Of a stretch of 64,000 bases of DNA, positions 63,734 through 64,000 are shown one piece after another. The translations under genes were made by a program, and so were the position numbers. Source of the stretch: Sphyrna mokarran (taxonomy: Eukaryota); assembly GCA_024679065.1 (NCBI GenBank), contig JAGIQG010000025.1, positions 19,344,001 to 19,408,000 on the forward strand, written 5' to 3'. The notes beneath the pieces are model-generated. The model had not been told where the DNA came from, made no database searches, and saw only the letters and a program-made list of their open reading frames with translations. Numbering within the stretch: the first letter of the stretch is position 1; every line of letters begins with the position of its first letter.

Positions 63734-64000
63734 AATCAGAATGGTGTTGGATGGGATTGTTATGGAGAAAATGGGAGAGTAAAACCCTAAAGTACTTGGA
63801 TCATCTCAGAATCAGAGAGTCCCTGCCTGAGCAGAATGGGGCCTCCAGGTTGGAGCAGAACCTGAAGCTGAGCCCACATTAAATAACCCTGCTGTGGTGT
63901 CTCAAAGAGAAGGGTCCCTGTTTGATTTACACCATCTGACCCATCCCTGCCTTTAACTAACATTCAATCATTTCATACATAAAGTACCTCCTCACAGTGC

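Overview
Vertebrate genomic DNA, most likely a shark or other elasmobranch, inferred from the HE1/V-SINE, Deu-SINE, CR1 and Penelope repeat content. The window holds a complete 7-exon PPP6C gene (+, 4240-20543, 305 aa, all introns GT-AG). PPP6C shares a compact bidirectional CpG promoter with RABEPK (-), whose non-coding exon 1 and first coding exon (MESLTVLEPGESPQKGTW) I read directly. A second CpG-island promoter at about 37.5-38.1 kb probably starts SCAI; this rests on synteny and splice phase only. The rest is retrotransposon-rich, including two deep nested stacks (about 29-35.5 kb and 52-63.7 kb) and a young solo LTR with a 5-bp TSD. The most interesting signals are: (i) five Penelope-terminal minimal hammerhead ribozymes with covarying stems, inside fold-back insertions ranging from a 165-bp hairpin mini-element to a multi-kb inverted dimer; (ii) a CR1 LINE whose 3' UTR appears to contain a long RNA hairpin plus a captured, promoter-dead V-SINE. 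All repeat family names come from motif recognition, not database searches. Boundaries of old repeats are approximate.
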